Assembly (NCBI GenBank): GCA_049667005.1
Contig: JBATHQ010000523.1
Location: 1 to 35,547, forward strand
Length of the DNA stretch: 35,547 nucleotides
Direction: 5' to 3'
Source of the DNA: Psychromonas sp.
Lineage (GTDB): Bacteria; Pseudomonadota; Gammaproteobacteria; Enterobacterales; Psychromonadaceae
The notes beneath the pieces were generated by a model. That model did no database searches and was not told where the DNA came from. It saw only the letters and a list, made by a program, of their open reading frames with translations. Each line of letters starts with the position of its first letter. Position 1 is the first letter of the stretch. Both the position numbers and the translations under genes were made by a program. This document shows positions 9,850-19,183 of this stretch, in pieces.

Positions 9850-10656
9850 ATGATAATTAAAAAAGCGTGGCGAATTTTAACGGTGGGAGATGGTGACCTG
9901 TCTTTTTCAAATGCCCTGTTAAGCCACCAGCCAAGAGCATTGACAGCAACAGTCTATGATTCTTTAGCAACCATGAGTGGAAAATACGGTGATCACTTCT
10001 ACCAGCAGCTAACCGCTAATAATACGCCGGTATTATTTGAATTTGATGTAACCAACCCGGCATCCTGGTCAAAACTAGCAAAAAACAGTTTTGATCTGGT
10101 GATATTTCAATTTCCTTTATTACCCGCATTCCGCTCTTTTTCTGAGTATCAGGAACAGGCACAAGATATCAGTTTAAATACCCTTAACCGGCGCTTATTA
10201 AGGACATTTTTAATTAATGCCTTTAACCATTTTCTGGATCCCGATGGCCAGCAACTGTGCTTTATCACCTCTAAAGATGTGAAACCTTACCGAGAGTGGA
10301 ATATTGAAAACGCACTGCATCTACAAACAGATATTACCTACTTAGGATCAATTAACTTTGAAATTGCTGATTTCCCGGGTTATAAAATTCGTAATGTTGA
10401 ACGCGATAAATTTGTAAAAGATACCAAAGGCACTACATATGTGTGGAGTAAAACAAAACACCATGAAATTTGCCCGGAATTACAAAGCCCGCTGGATTTG
10501 AATGATAATTTTTGCAGAATCTGCCGTGCAGGCCCTTTTACAAGAGAAGAGGATCGGATTGAACACAATCAGTCAAAAAGGCATAAGCAGATGATGGAGT
10601 TTGAACGGTTATGGTTAGAAGATTTGCATTATATGGCTGAAAAAATCAATCATTAA
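9850..10656 (+). CDS. Class I SAM-dependent methyltransferase, Bmt5/DUF2431-like, with C-terminal C2H2 zinc finger
   Basis: ILTVGDGDLSFS, TATVYDS, FDVT, FDLVIFQFP, YREWNIE, FPGY; FCRIC-x13-H-x5-H. Confidence 0.8.
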   Translation: MIIKKAWRILTVGDGDLSFSNALLSHQPRALTATVYDSLATMSGKYGDHFYQQLTANNTPVLFEFDVTNPASWSKLAKNSFDLVIFQFPLLPAFRSFSEYQEQAQDISLNTLNRRLLRTFLINAFNHFLDPDGQQLCFITSKDVKPYREWNIENALHLQTDITYLGSINFEIADFPGYKIRNVERDKFVKDTKGTTYVWSKTKHHEICPELQSPLDLNDNFCRICRAGPFTREEDRIEHNQSKRHKQMMEFERLWLEDLHYMAEKINH

Positions 10657-10695
10657 ACAGCCAGTTTAAATTTAAAAACAGAGAATGAACCGCTC

Positions 10696-11001
10696 TCATT
10701 CATTCTCTTTCTTAGCTTGCAATGCTTCAAAAATAGCCATCTGCTCAGCTGTTGCGGGTAACTGATGCTTCTCTTTCCATTCGTTGTATGTCATGCCATA
10801 GACCAGTTCACGCGCCTGATCATAATCCATCGCAATATTTAACTGTTGCGCTTCCGCCATCATCCATTTAGATAAACAGTTACGGCAAAAACCTGCCGTA
10901 TTCATTAGCTCAATATTTTGTACATCTTTACGGCTGTCTAAATGTTTTAATAAACGTCGAAAAGCGGCGGCCTCAAGTTGAATCTGTTGATCGTTGGTCA
11001 T
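10696..11001 (-). CDS. DUF1244 domain protein
   Basis: LEAAAFRRLLKHL...DVQNIELMNTAGFCRNCLSKW...VYGM..EWK. Confidence 0.85.
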   Translation of the reverse strand: MTNDQQIQLEAAAFRRLLKHLDSRKDVQNIELMNTAGFCRNCLSKWMMAEAQQLNIAMDYDQARELVYGMTYNEWKEKHQLPATAEQMAIFEALQAKKENE

Positions 11002-11036
11002 ATTATCTCCTTAAGTTACGTCGCAAGGTTTAAATC

Positions 11037-11372
11037 CTAAGCGCAACACTTTTTATATTTTTTACCGCTGCCGCACGAACAAGGTTCATTACGCTGCGGT
11101 TTTTTCTCGAAAACAGTGGTGCTCGGTTTTTTGAAAAAACCGTCAAGTTCAACGATATTTTCTTCACATTCAGCATTCACTTCAATGTTGGCAAACAGAC
11201 CATTGTCCTGCAAAATTTGCTCAATTTCAGCCTTTCTTGCCTCATTGTTCACGGTTAATGTTAAAGGAGACTCTTCACTGCCCGCTTTTACTGTGCGCTT
11301 GGTATTAAACCCGTAGCTGCTGTGCTTAGGTTTTTTCTCTTTTCTACCTTTAAAGAAAAACTTATCTGACAT
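11037..11372 (-). CDS. SEC-C motif metal-binding protein (PBPRA1643-like)
   Basis: C-terminal RNEPCSCGSGKKYKKCC; N-terminal KFFFKGR. Confidence 0.85.
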   Translation of the reverse strand: MSDKFFFKGRKEKKPKHSSYGFNTKRTVKAGSEESPLTLTVNNEARKAEIEQILQDNGLFANIEVNAECEENIVELDGFFKKPSTTVFEKKPQRNEPCSCGSGKKYKKCCA

Positions 11373-11450
11373 TTTGGAGCCCTATTTCAAAAATTAAGAG
11401 CGCGGAGTTTATACCATTCGCGCTCAAAACGGTAAAATAAAAAATGCACT

Positions 11451-11479
11451 TATAGGCAAACTATTTAAAGATGCAGATT
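11451..11479 (+). repeat. Single arm of the palindromic dispersed element
   Basis: TATAGGCAAACTATTTAAAGATGCAGATT. Confidence 0.45.
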
Positions 11480-11494
11480 GAAATCGTTTGTAGA

Positions 11495-11959
11495 TCACAC
11501 AATCGGGCGGCCACGATAAATAATGACTGAGGGTAATGCTAAACCAAAACTCAGAGCTGCTAAAATAAATAACGTCCGTAAGCCATTTTCAACCACAACC
11601 TGCATAAGCGCCAGGCTATATCCGCTGATATTTAATTCCACAATGCCAACCATAGTAGTGAAGGCTAAACTACCGGGAATCATCGGAATAACGGAAGCAA
11701 CGGTAAATACCGGGCGGGGAATAAGACGTTTACGCGACCAATATAAACCTAAAAATCCCATACTGCTTGAAGCAACAAGTGTCGCCCAGCTTATGGGCAT
11801 GCCATAGTGCATTAATAAAAAACGCAAACTATGTGCAAATGCGCCACCAGCGGCACAGTAAATAAGCATTTTTTTGGGGACATTAAAAACCATTGCAAAG
11901 CCGACTGCGGGGATCCAGGCAAACCATGCATCGGCAATAAATAACGTGAGCAATTCCAT
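11495..11959 (-). CDS. yjjB: ThrE-family exporter small subunit (YjjB-like)
   Basis: IPAVGFAMVFNVP, PVFTVASVIPMIPG. Confidence 0.88.
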   Translation of the reverse strand: MELLTLFIADAWFAWIPAVGFAMVFNVPKKMLIYCAAGGAFAHSLRFLLMHYGMPISWATLVASSSMGFLGLYWSRKRLIPRPVFTVASVIPMIPGSLAFTTMVGIVELNISGYSLALMQVVVENGLRTLFILAALSFGLALPSVIIYRGRPIV

Positions 11960-12004
11960 GTTAATAACTCCTTAATTTTGCATCAGGCAAAAACTGTTCA
12001 CCCA

Positions 12005-12781
12005 CTATCCAATCCATGCAACCACCCCCGTGAGCATCATCGAAGCCACTATACCAAAGGAAACACTGATGGTTAATATACTTGCAAATACCCAACGCGC
12101 AATGCCCATACTGATATGCCCTTTTAACATATCCGAAACAGCATTAATCAGAGGAAACCCGGGTACCAATAATAATACCGAGGCAGCCATAGCCACTTCC
12201 GGTTTTTCGCCAAATTCAAAAATAACGCCCATACTGGCAATCGTCGTCGCAACAAAGGCGGCAACGGCAAAATTAATAAACGGGTTATGATGACGATGCG
12301 CAAGCTCTTGACGTATGGTCATCGCCGCTGCCGAAGCAAAAAAGGTGGTAATATAAACTTCTAAATCACCACCGAAAAAATGGCTAAAACTTGAACATGA
12401 TAAACCAATCATCAAAACAACTAACCAGCGATTATATTTCATCGGTTTTAAGCGGTTTAGCCGCTCTTTTACCAGTGCCGCATCTAATAGTTGTTTTTCA
12501 GCCATCACGCAGATACGCTGTACGTCACATACCATTTGCATGTTAATACCACGATCATAACAGCGACGCGTAGTGGTAATACAATGGCCATCACATAAAC
12601 TGGTAATGACTATCGCATCCGAGCTTACTGACAATTCAATGCCTTGTGCACCAAGCGCGATACCGAGACGTTGTGTTGTCTGCTCGATTAAGCGACTTTC
12701 AGCACCGTGTTGATGTAATAATTGTCCAGCTTTAACTGCTATCCGTGTTAATTCTGTCTGTGCCTGCCGACTCAAAGCCAT
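12005..12781 (-). CDS. yjjP: ThrE-family exporter large subunit (YjjP-like)
   Basis: GQLLHQHGAESRLIE, DRGINM, SVLLLVPGFPLINAVSDMLKG. Confidence 0.9.
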   Translation of the reverse strand: MALSRQAQTELTRIAVKAGQLLHQHGAESRLIEQTTQRLGIALGAQGIELSVSSDAIVITSLCDGHCITTTRRCYDRGINMQMVCDVQRICVMAEKQLLDAALVKERLNRLKPMKYNRWLVVLMIGLSCSSFSHFFGGDLEVYITTFFASAAAMTIRQELAHRHHNPFINFAVAAFVATTIASMGVIFEFGEKPEVAMAASVLLLVPGFPLINAVSDMLKGHISMGIARWVFASILTISVSFGIVASMMLTGVVAWIG

Positions 12782-12808
12782 TTTTTCACCTTTTTAGTTC
12801 TTTTGCTA

Positions 12809-13765
12809 TTAAAGTTGCGATTCTGCCAATTTAAGATCTAATGTTGCTTTTAATAGTTTGAATAATAATATAGCGGCATCGATCTCTTCTTTACGATTGG
12901 TTAAACTTTCAATATTTAAACCTAAAGGAATGCCCAATGGTAAGCACGCCTGTAGAATTTGTTCAAAATTATTGCGGCTGATTAACAGGGATTCTTTGAG
13001 TGGATTTTCGGACTGAAGAATACGCAGACTGGTCGCTTCAGGGACGGAAATACCCAGCCACTCAATAAATTCCAAGGTTTTTGCACTGCCGCATGGAGAG
13101 AACGTTAACACCACTCGCCGTGCTTTTTTGCCCTGTTTTTTACACTCCATTGCATAACGCGTGAGCATATCAATAGTTGCCTGGGCATTATACACAGCCT
13201 GGGTGATGAAAAATTCACAGCCTTGCGCATCTTTTGCAAGCATACGCAAATGCTCATCGCCTTTATTGGCATGGCGCTCAGCAATGGCCACTCCGCCCAG
13301 ATGAAAATCTGAATTATGATCTTTTACGACCTGGTAGGCATCTGCTAAGGATAATTTAATCTCGCCTTCAGAAGAGGGACTGCCCACTAAGACAATATCG
13401 CGTACCGAGAACTGGTGCCAGGCGTCAGACAACCAACACTTAAAATCAGCACCGTCACGCTGAGAAACGCTTTTGTAAGTGATTACCGGTTTACCTGACT
13501 TATCATGTAACATTTTTGAATATAAGCGCGAATCGTGGGTATATTTAAACGGGAAAGGACGTGGTTTATCGATACGCGAGGTTTCATCTTGAATGTCATA
13601 AACAATTAAACCGTCATAGTCAATTGAGTCAAGTCTGCCTAATAATTTATCTGCAATCCCCGCGACCAATTCTACTGCGGTATCTTTTTTCGGTGGCGTT
13701 GTTCCAATAAAATAAACCCCTTGTTTAGGGTCACTGGATCTGTTTTTTAAAGACGTTAAACTCAT
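12809..13765 (-). CDS. Atypical methylenetetrahydrofolate-reductase-like (FAD-linked TIM barrel) protein
   Basis: GTTPPK, VYDIQDE, GGVAIAERH, K..QGCEFFITQAVY, FIEWLGISVP. Confidence 0.65.
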   Translation of the reverse strand: MSLTSLKNRSSDPKQGVYFIGTTPPKKDTAVELVAGIADKLLGRLDSIDYDGLIVYDIQDETSRIDKPRPFPFKYTHDSRLYSKMLHDKSGKPVITYKSVSQRDGADFKCWLSDAWHQFSVRDIVLVGSPSSEGEIKLSLADAYQVVKDHNSDFHLGGVAIAERHANKGDEHLRMLAKDAQGCEFFITQAVYNAQATIDMLTRYAMECKKQGKKARRVVLTFSPCGSAKTLEFIEWLGISVPEATSLRILQSENPLKESLLISRNNFEQILQACLPLGIPLGLNIESLTNRKEEIDAAILLFKLLKATLDLKLAESQL

Positions 13766-14051
13766 AAATTATTCCTAGCCATTTGATATTGCATAATAAT
13801 GCGAAATTGTCGCATATCGACCCAAACCAAACAACTAAGAAATAAAGCATCTACTTGCCATGCTTATCATTTTTTCTTATCAACAATGGTCATCAATGCC
13901 ATTTTTAATGCCCTTATTTCAGCCATTATTTATTTAACCACACATAATAAGGGCTATTAAGCGCCTTTAAATAATAAATTTTACAATAGTTTTCTGTAAA
14001 CTATTCACGTTATACTTAACCATAATTATCCTTTACTTAAACATATTCATT

Positions 14052-14780
14052 ATGCGTATTCCTCGTTTTTACGATCCACAAACTTTAACCGTTGCCGATG
14101 AAATAGCACTTTCAAAAGATGCGATTCAGCATATTAATGTATTACGTTTAAAAGTTGGTGCACAAATTATTCTCTTTAATGGTCTGGGTGGAGAGGTTAC
14201 CGCGACCCTTACCGAGGTGCAAAAACGCAACTGCAGCGTTTTAATCAATTCATTTAATGAAACCAATAATGAAAGTCCATTGCATCTGCACTTAGGTCAA
14301 GTGATATCACGTGGCGACCGTATGGAGTTTGTTATTCAAAAAGCCGTGGAATTGGGCGTAAATGAGATAACACCATTAATCAGTGAACGTTGCGGTGTTA
14401 AACTCGACCCCGAACGGATGGCTAAAAAACTACAGCAATGGCAAAAAATAGCCATTTCAGCCTGCGAGCAATCAGGCCGGAATATAATTCCAATTATTCA
14501 CGAAACGGTAGATTTAGCAGTTTGGTGCTCAGCTGTGGACCAGGCAACTAAATTAACCCTTCACCCGCGAGCCAAGTATTCTATTAATACATTACCCGAA
14601 AACATCAACCGTATCCGTTTACTGATCGGCCCGGAAGGTGGTTTAAGCGATCCAGAGATAACCTTGACTGAGTCATTAAACTTCACCGAAACATTATTAG
14701 GCCCGCGGATTTTACGCACAGAAACAGCCGCATTAAGTGCAATAACAGCTTTGCAATGCCGTTTTGGCGATCTTGCCTAA
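14052..14780 (+). CDS. rsmE: 16S rRNA m3U1498 methyltransferase
   Basis: MRIPR, HINVLRL, QKAVELGV, ACEQSGR, IGPEGG, LGPRILRTETA. Confidence 0.97.
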   Translation: MRIPRFYDPQTLTVADEIALSKDAIQHINVLRLKVGAQIILFNGLGGEVTATLTEVQKRNCSVLINSFNETNNESPLHLHLGQVISRGDRMEFVIQKAVELGVNEITPLISERCGVKLDPERMAKKLQQWQKIAISACEQSGRNIIPIIHETVDLAVWCSAVDQATKLTLHPRAKYSINTLPENINRIRLLIGPEGGLSDPEITLTESLNFTETLLGPRILRTETAALSAITALQCRFGDLA

Positions 14781-14800
14781 ACCAATAAATAGGAAATCAA

Positions 14801-15757
14801 ATGACCATTAAAATTGGGATCGTAATGGATCCGATATCTGCTATTAAAATTCATAAAGACTCTAGTTTTGCGATGTTATTAGAAGCGCAGGCACGCGGTT
14901 GGGAGCTCTATTATATGGAGATGCAGGATCTTTATTTAGAAAACGGACGCTGTTTTGCCAGCAGTAAAAAACTGACCGTACAACGCGATGCCAATAACTG
15001 GTATCAACTTGAAGAGCCGCTGGATCACCCCCTTTCTGATCTTGATGCCGTACTGATGCGCAAAGATCCGCCCTTTGACACCGAATATATATATGCGACT
15101 TACCTGTTAGAGCGTGCCGAAGATGAAGGCTGCCTAATTGTGAACAAACCGCAAAGTCTGCGTGATGCTAATGAAAAACTGTTCACCGCATGGTTCAGCC
15201 ATTTTACACCGACCACCCTGGTGACACGCAGTAGTAAACGAATTCGTGACTTCCATCAGCAACATAAAGATATTATCTTAAAACCGCTTGATGGTATGGG
15301 TGGCGCTTCTATCTTCCGCATTAAAGAAGATGATGCCAATATTGGTGTGATCATTGAAACCTTAACCGAGCACCAACAACGTTACTGTATGGCGCAAGTC
15401 TTTATCCCGGAAATAACAGCGGGTGATAAACGCATTCTGATCGTCGATGGTGAGCCTATGCCTTATGCTCTGGCACGTATTCCAGCTTCAGGTGAAACAC
15501 GCGGTAATCTAGCGGCTGGCGGTCGCGGTGTCGCACAACCTCTTTCTGAAAGTGACTGGCATATCGCCAACTCTATCGGCCCGAAACTGAAAGAGAAAGG
15601 CCTTATTTTTGTCGGCCTGGATATTATCGGTGACAAAATAACAGAAATTAATGTTACCAGCCCGACCTGTATACAAGAGATTGATAACGCATTCGGTACC
15701 AATATTAGCGCGAAGCTGATGGATGCAATTGAAAAACGTATTGCAAAAAAACAGTAA
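14801..15757 (+). CDS. gshB: Glutathione synthetase
   Basis: VMDPI, MRKDPPFD, KPLDGMGG, RGNLAAGG, EINVTSPT. Confidence 0.98.
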   Translation: MTIKIGIVMDPISAIKIHKDSSFAMLLEAQARGWELYYMEMQDLYLENGRCFASSKKLTVQRDANNWYQLEEPLDHPLSDLDAVLMRKDPPFDTEYIYATYLLERAEDEGCLIVNKPQSLRDANEKLFTAWFSHFTPTTLVTRSSKRIRDFHQQHKDIILKPLDGMGGASIFRIKEDDANIGVIIETLTEHQQRYCMAQVFIPEITAGDKRILIVDGEPMPYALARIPASGETRGNLAAGGRGVAQPLSESDWHIANSIGPKLKEKGLIFVGLDIIGDKITEINVTSPTCIQEIDNAFGTNISAKLMDAIEKRIAKKQ

Positions 15758-15810
15758 TATTGATAATTGTTGCCATACTTAGGGTATGGCAATGATTGGG
15801 GGACTGTCAC

Positions 15811-16425
15811 ATGAATACTGAAAAGATTGCTAATGATACTCCGACAAAAAACAGCGATGCGAATGTGCTCAGCACACTCAAAGATCATTTTTTAATTGCT
15901 ATGCCCTCGTTGACAGATCCCTATTTCAAACATTCCGTTGTTTACATCTGTGAACATGATGAGCAGGGGGCAATGGGCTTTATTATTAACTTTCCCGTAA
16001 AATTAACGCTACAGGAGTTATTGAATCACGTCGACAGCGTAACACATCACCCTGAACCTCCGTTACTTAACCCGGTTTTTTTAGGGGGACCACTAGAGCT
16101 TAAACGAGGCTTTATCCTGCACTCTCCAATTGCCGATAATTCCAAAAGTACCAAACTTAATGATCAACTGATGATGTCCAATTCGAATGAGATTTTATCA
16201 ACACTGGGTACTGAAGATGAACCTGAAAAATATATGGTGACACTCGGTTATGCCAGTTGGAGTTCCGGGCAGTTAGAAGAGGAGATGAATGCTAACCATT
16301 GGCTTACAATAGAGAGTCAAAATGACATTATATTTAACATTCCTGTCGAACAACGGTGGATTGAGGCGTTACAACGGTTAGGCATCAATCCAGACCAACT
16401 ATCAAGTGAAATAGGTCATGCATAA
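15811..16425 (+). CDS. yqgE: YqgE/AlgH family protein
   Basis: FLIAMP, SVVYICEH..GAMG, GGP, LGYASW..GQLE; ATG 15811 follows a GGGGGA RBS. Confidence 0.93.
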   Translation: MNTEKIANDTPTKNSDANVLSTLKDHFLIAMPSLTDPYFKHSVVYICEHDEQGAMGFIINFPVKLTLQELLNHVDSVTHHPEPPLLNPVFLGGPLELKRGFILHSPIADNSKSTKLNDQLMMSNSNEILSTLGTEDEPEKYMVTLGYASWSSGQLEEEMNANHWLTIESQNDIIFNIPVEQRWIEALQRLGINPDQLSSEIGHA

Positions 16426-16481
16426 CCTAACAAAGTGTATTTAACTGAATCAACCACAACGCAAAAATAATTAGGACAGAC

Positions 16482-16919
16482 ATGACAGAACCATCGAAAG
16501 CGCCGGCAAACTTATTAAGTTTTGATTTTGGAACAAAAAGTATCGGCGTAGCAACGGGGCAAATGATAACCGCCACCGCCCAGCCATTAGCAGCGATTAA
16601 AGCAAATGACGGCATCCCGAATTGGGATATTGTTGAGAAGGTCATTAAAGAGTGGATGCCCGACTTGGTTGTTGTGGGTTTACCCTTAAACATGGACGGA
16701 ACCGAACAACCAATAACACAACGTGCTAAAAAATTCGCTAACCGCTTAAATGGACGTTTTGGTGTAAAAGTAGTTTTACAGGACGAGCGTTTAACCACCG
16801 CCAGTGCAAAAGAGTTTATCTTTAGCCATGGTGGATATAAAGCCCTTGAAAAAGGCAAAATTGACAGTGTATCAGCGGCACTCATTCTTGAGAGCTGGAT
16901 GGAAAGTTATTATCAATAA
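16482..16919 (+). CDS. ruvX: Holliday-junction-resolvase-like / pre-16S rRNA nuclease RuvX (YqgF)
   Basis: [38 protein letters not shown]. Confidence 0.95.
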   Translation: MTEPSKAPANLLSFDFGTKSIGVATGQMITATAQPLAAIKANDGIPNWDIVEKVIKEWMPDLVVVGLPLNMDGTEQPITQRAKKFANRLNGRFGVKVVLQDERLTTASAKEFIFSHGGYKALEKGKIDSVSAALILESWMESYYQ

Positions 16920-16965
16920 CGAAAAAGAATGACAATGCCGCTGTTTGCTTTTTGTTAAATATTAA

Positions 16966-17004
16966 ATAAAAACCGCCCCTGCCCTTGGCAAAAGTGGTTT
17001 TTAT
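16966..17004. terminator. Bidirectional terminator-like hairpin between convergent genes
   Basis: AAAAACCGC..TGCC-CTT-GGCA..GTGGTTTTT. Confidence 0.65.
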
Positions 17005-17036
17005 TGTTTGCAGGGCTTAATTGGCTTTAAGAGATT

Positions 17037-17588
17037 TTATTTGGCGCTGTCTTGCTTAATACGTTCAGCTAACTGTTTATACTGCTCACTTATCTTCTTA
17101 CCAAACAACGGATCACTTTGGGGATTATCCTTCCATTGATCTTTTAGCTTGATCCAGTCATCTTCACTTAAACTTGCTTCAATCTTAGGCAATATCTCCA
17201 ACTCTTCATAACTCATATGCGCCGACTGCAGCTCTACAAAATGTTTTAATCTTTCAATACACTGCTCTTTGGGCACCACTGCATCAAGTAAAATCATAGC
17301 TAACAATTCATCAAGTTCGATTGTCGCTTCTTTTATTAATTTATGCTCTTGTGATAAACGATTAGCAACTTTATCGGGAACAACCCGATATTTTAAATAA
17401 TAATCATAAATCATATCTTCCATGGGATGGTGGTATTTATCAGAATAATTTTTTAAATAGGTAATAATCGCTTTCACCAGGCGATAATCTATCGCTTTAT
17501 CCTTTTCTAATTTCTTAATTTTTTGCTTTAACAACTTTAACAGTTTACTGATATTTACATGGTCTTTATGAATCGTAGATAACATCAT
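17037..17588 (-). CDS. Hemerythrin (HHE cation-binding) domain protein
   Basis: DH, HHPMED, EH, HMSYEE..ILP, DPLFG; ATG 17588 after GAGAG. Confidence 0.85.
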   Translation of the reverse strand: MMLSTIHKDHVNISKLLKLLKQKIKKLEKDKAIDYRLVKAIITYLKNYSDKYHHPMEDMIYDYYLKYRVVPDKVANRLSQEHKLIKEATIELDELLAMILLDAVVPKEQCIERLKHFVELQSAHMSYEELEILPKIEASLSEDDWIKLKDQWKDNPQSDPLFGKKISEQYKQLAERIKQDSAK

Positions 17589-17662
17589 AGATACTCTCAA
17601 ATTTGTAATTCAATCTTACAGTATATCGGTTCAATGCGAATAAACCCCTGAACTATATCACA

Positions 17663-18313
17663 TTACCAGATAATTAATTGTTCACCGCGTTTAGCCAAAA
17701 TGTCATTCACCTGACTAAAATGCCGACAGCCAAAGAATCCCCGGTAAGCAGACAAAGGCGAAGGATGCGTTGAAGTTAACACCCGGTGCTTACTCTGGTC
17801 AATTAAAGCGCCTTTTTTTTGTGCATAGCTTCCCCACAATAAAAAGATAACACCGCTACGTGCATTGCTTATTTCACGTATCACATTATCGGTAAAAATC
17901 TCCCAGCCCTTATTTGCATGGCAACCAGGAGTCGCTTGCTCAACCGTTAATACGGCGTTTAATAGTAAGACACCCTGTTTTGCCCAATGTTCCAAATTAC
18001 CTGACTCGGGTATTTTATAATTCTCTATGGAAGTTGATAATTCTTTATAAATATTACGCAGTGAAGGTGGAATTTTTATCCCTTCCGGTACCGAAAAACT
18101 AAGACCATGAGCCTGTCCTTCTCCGTGATAGGGATCCTGACCTAAAATAACCACTTTAATATCTGCTAAAGGCGTTAGTTCCAATGCGTTAAAAACCAGC
18201 GCTTCAGGCGGGTAGATATTTTTACCTAAAGCGTGCTGCTGTTTTAAAAAAGTTTGCAGTTGTTGGTAATATGGCATCGATTTCTGTTGTGCAATAAAGC
18301 GCTCCCAACTCAT
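17663..18313 (-). CDS. ung: Uracil-DNA glycosylase
   Basis: VVILGQDPYHG, GVLLLN, HPSPLSA. Confidence 0.98.
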   Translation of the reverse strand: MSWERFIAQQKSMPYYQQLQTFLKQQHALGKNIYPPEALVFNALELTPLADIKVVILGQDPYHGEGQAHGLSFSVPEGIKIPPSLRNIYKELSTSIENYKIPESGNLEHWAKQGVLLLNAVLTVEQATPGCHANKGWEIFTDNVIREISNARSGVIFLLWGSYAQKKGALIDQSKHRVLTSTHPSPLSAYRGFFGCRHFSQVNDILAKRGEQLIIW

Positions 18314-18498
18314 TTTTTTTCCTTTTTTTTATATTAATAATAATGTCTTTCTATCATAAATAAAAATATTAATCTTTTAATAACAACATTAATCATTAAA
18401 TAACAAACAGTTAACAAGCAAAGTGAAATATAATCACAGTAATAATTACTTCAAAATAAGATAACAACAAACAAAAACCACCCTATCTGAAAATTGCA

Positions 18499-18512
18499 AT
18501 GACCATAATCAA
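18499..18512. promoter_or_regulatory. Second, weaker FNR site upstream of grcA
   Basis: ATGAC-CATA-ATCAA, 8/10 match to TTGAT-N4-ATCAA. Confidence 0.5.
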
Positions 18513-18549
18513 CAAAGCATCAATTAACCACAATAAAAATATGTGAATA

Positions 18550-18563
18550 TTGATTTACATCAA
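18550..18563. promoter_or_regulatory. FNR box upstream of grcA
   Basis: Perfect TTGAT-TTAC-ATCAA; grcA/yfiD is a known FNR target in E. coli. Confidence 0.85.
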
Positions 18564-18683
18564 TCAAATCAGCCCTTATAATCAATCTTGCTTTAATAAA
18601 CAGCACATTGAATCTTTAATAAATTTATAATGCTGTCATTTTATTACACGTTTTATTTATTATCCCAAATTAAGGAGCTTCAC

Positions 18684-19064
18684 ATGGCTTTTGGAATCCA
18701 AATCACTAAATCTGAAAATGCATCTCTACTTAACTCTTTCTGGTTATTAGACGAAGCGAATGCTCAAGCACGTTGTTTATGTGTGAAAGATGATCTTTAT
18801 GCAGAAGATCAAGTTGTATCTCTTGCTGATTTAGGCAAGATTGAATACAAAGAGATCGCAGTACAGGCGCCAGCAGCACAGGAAGGTGGTCAACATCTAA
18901 ACGTGAACGTATTACGCAGAGAAACACTGCAGGACGCAATCGATCACCCTGAAAAATACCCTCAGTTGACTATTCGTGTATCAGGTTATGCAGTACGTTT
19001 TAACTCTTTAACTGCAGAGCAGAAAGCTGACGTAATGGCACGTACCTTTACTGAATCATTATAA
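18684..19064 (+). CDS. grcA: Autonomous glycyl radical cofactor
   Basis: HLNVNVL...[28 protein letters not shown] before ATG 18684. Confidence 0.97.
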   Translation: MAFGIQITKSENASLLNSFWLLDEANAQARCLCVKDDLYAEDQVVSLADLGKIEYKEIAVQAPAAQEGGQHLNVNVLRRETLQDAIDHPEKYPQLTIRVSGYAVRFNSLTAEQKADVMARTFTESL

Positions 19065-19144
19065 TTGAACACAAACCCGGTAGGAGTTGTTCTTAACTTC
19101 TATTGATAAGTTAACAGGTTTGTTAGTAATAAGTTGTTAATAAT

Positions 19145-19171
19145 AAAGGGAAGTAACTAACTTCCCTTTTT
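19145..19171. terminator. Bidirectional intrinsic terminator between grcA and tesB
   Basis: AAAGGGAAGT-AACTA-ACTTCCCTTTTT. Confidence 0.85.
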
Positions 19172-19183
19172 GCTAGATATTTA

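Noticed and set aside
19080..19103. GTAGGAGTT...AACTTCTAT hairpin after grcA as a REP
   Set aside because: AT-rich, relies on G-U pairs and does not resemble the REP at 26231; more likely an ordinary 3'-UTR hairpin
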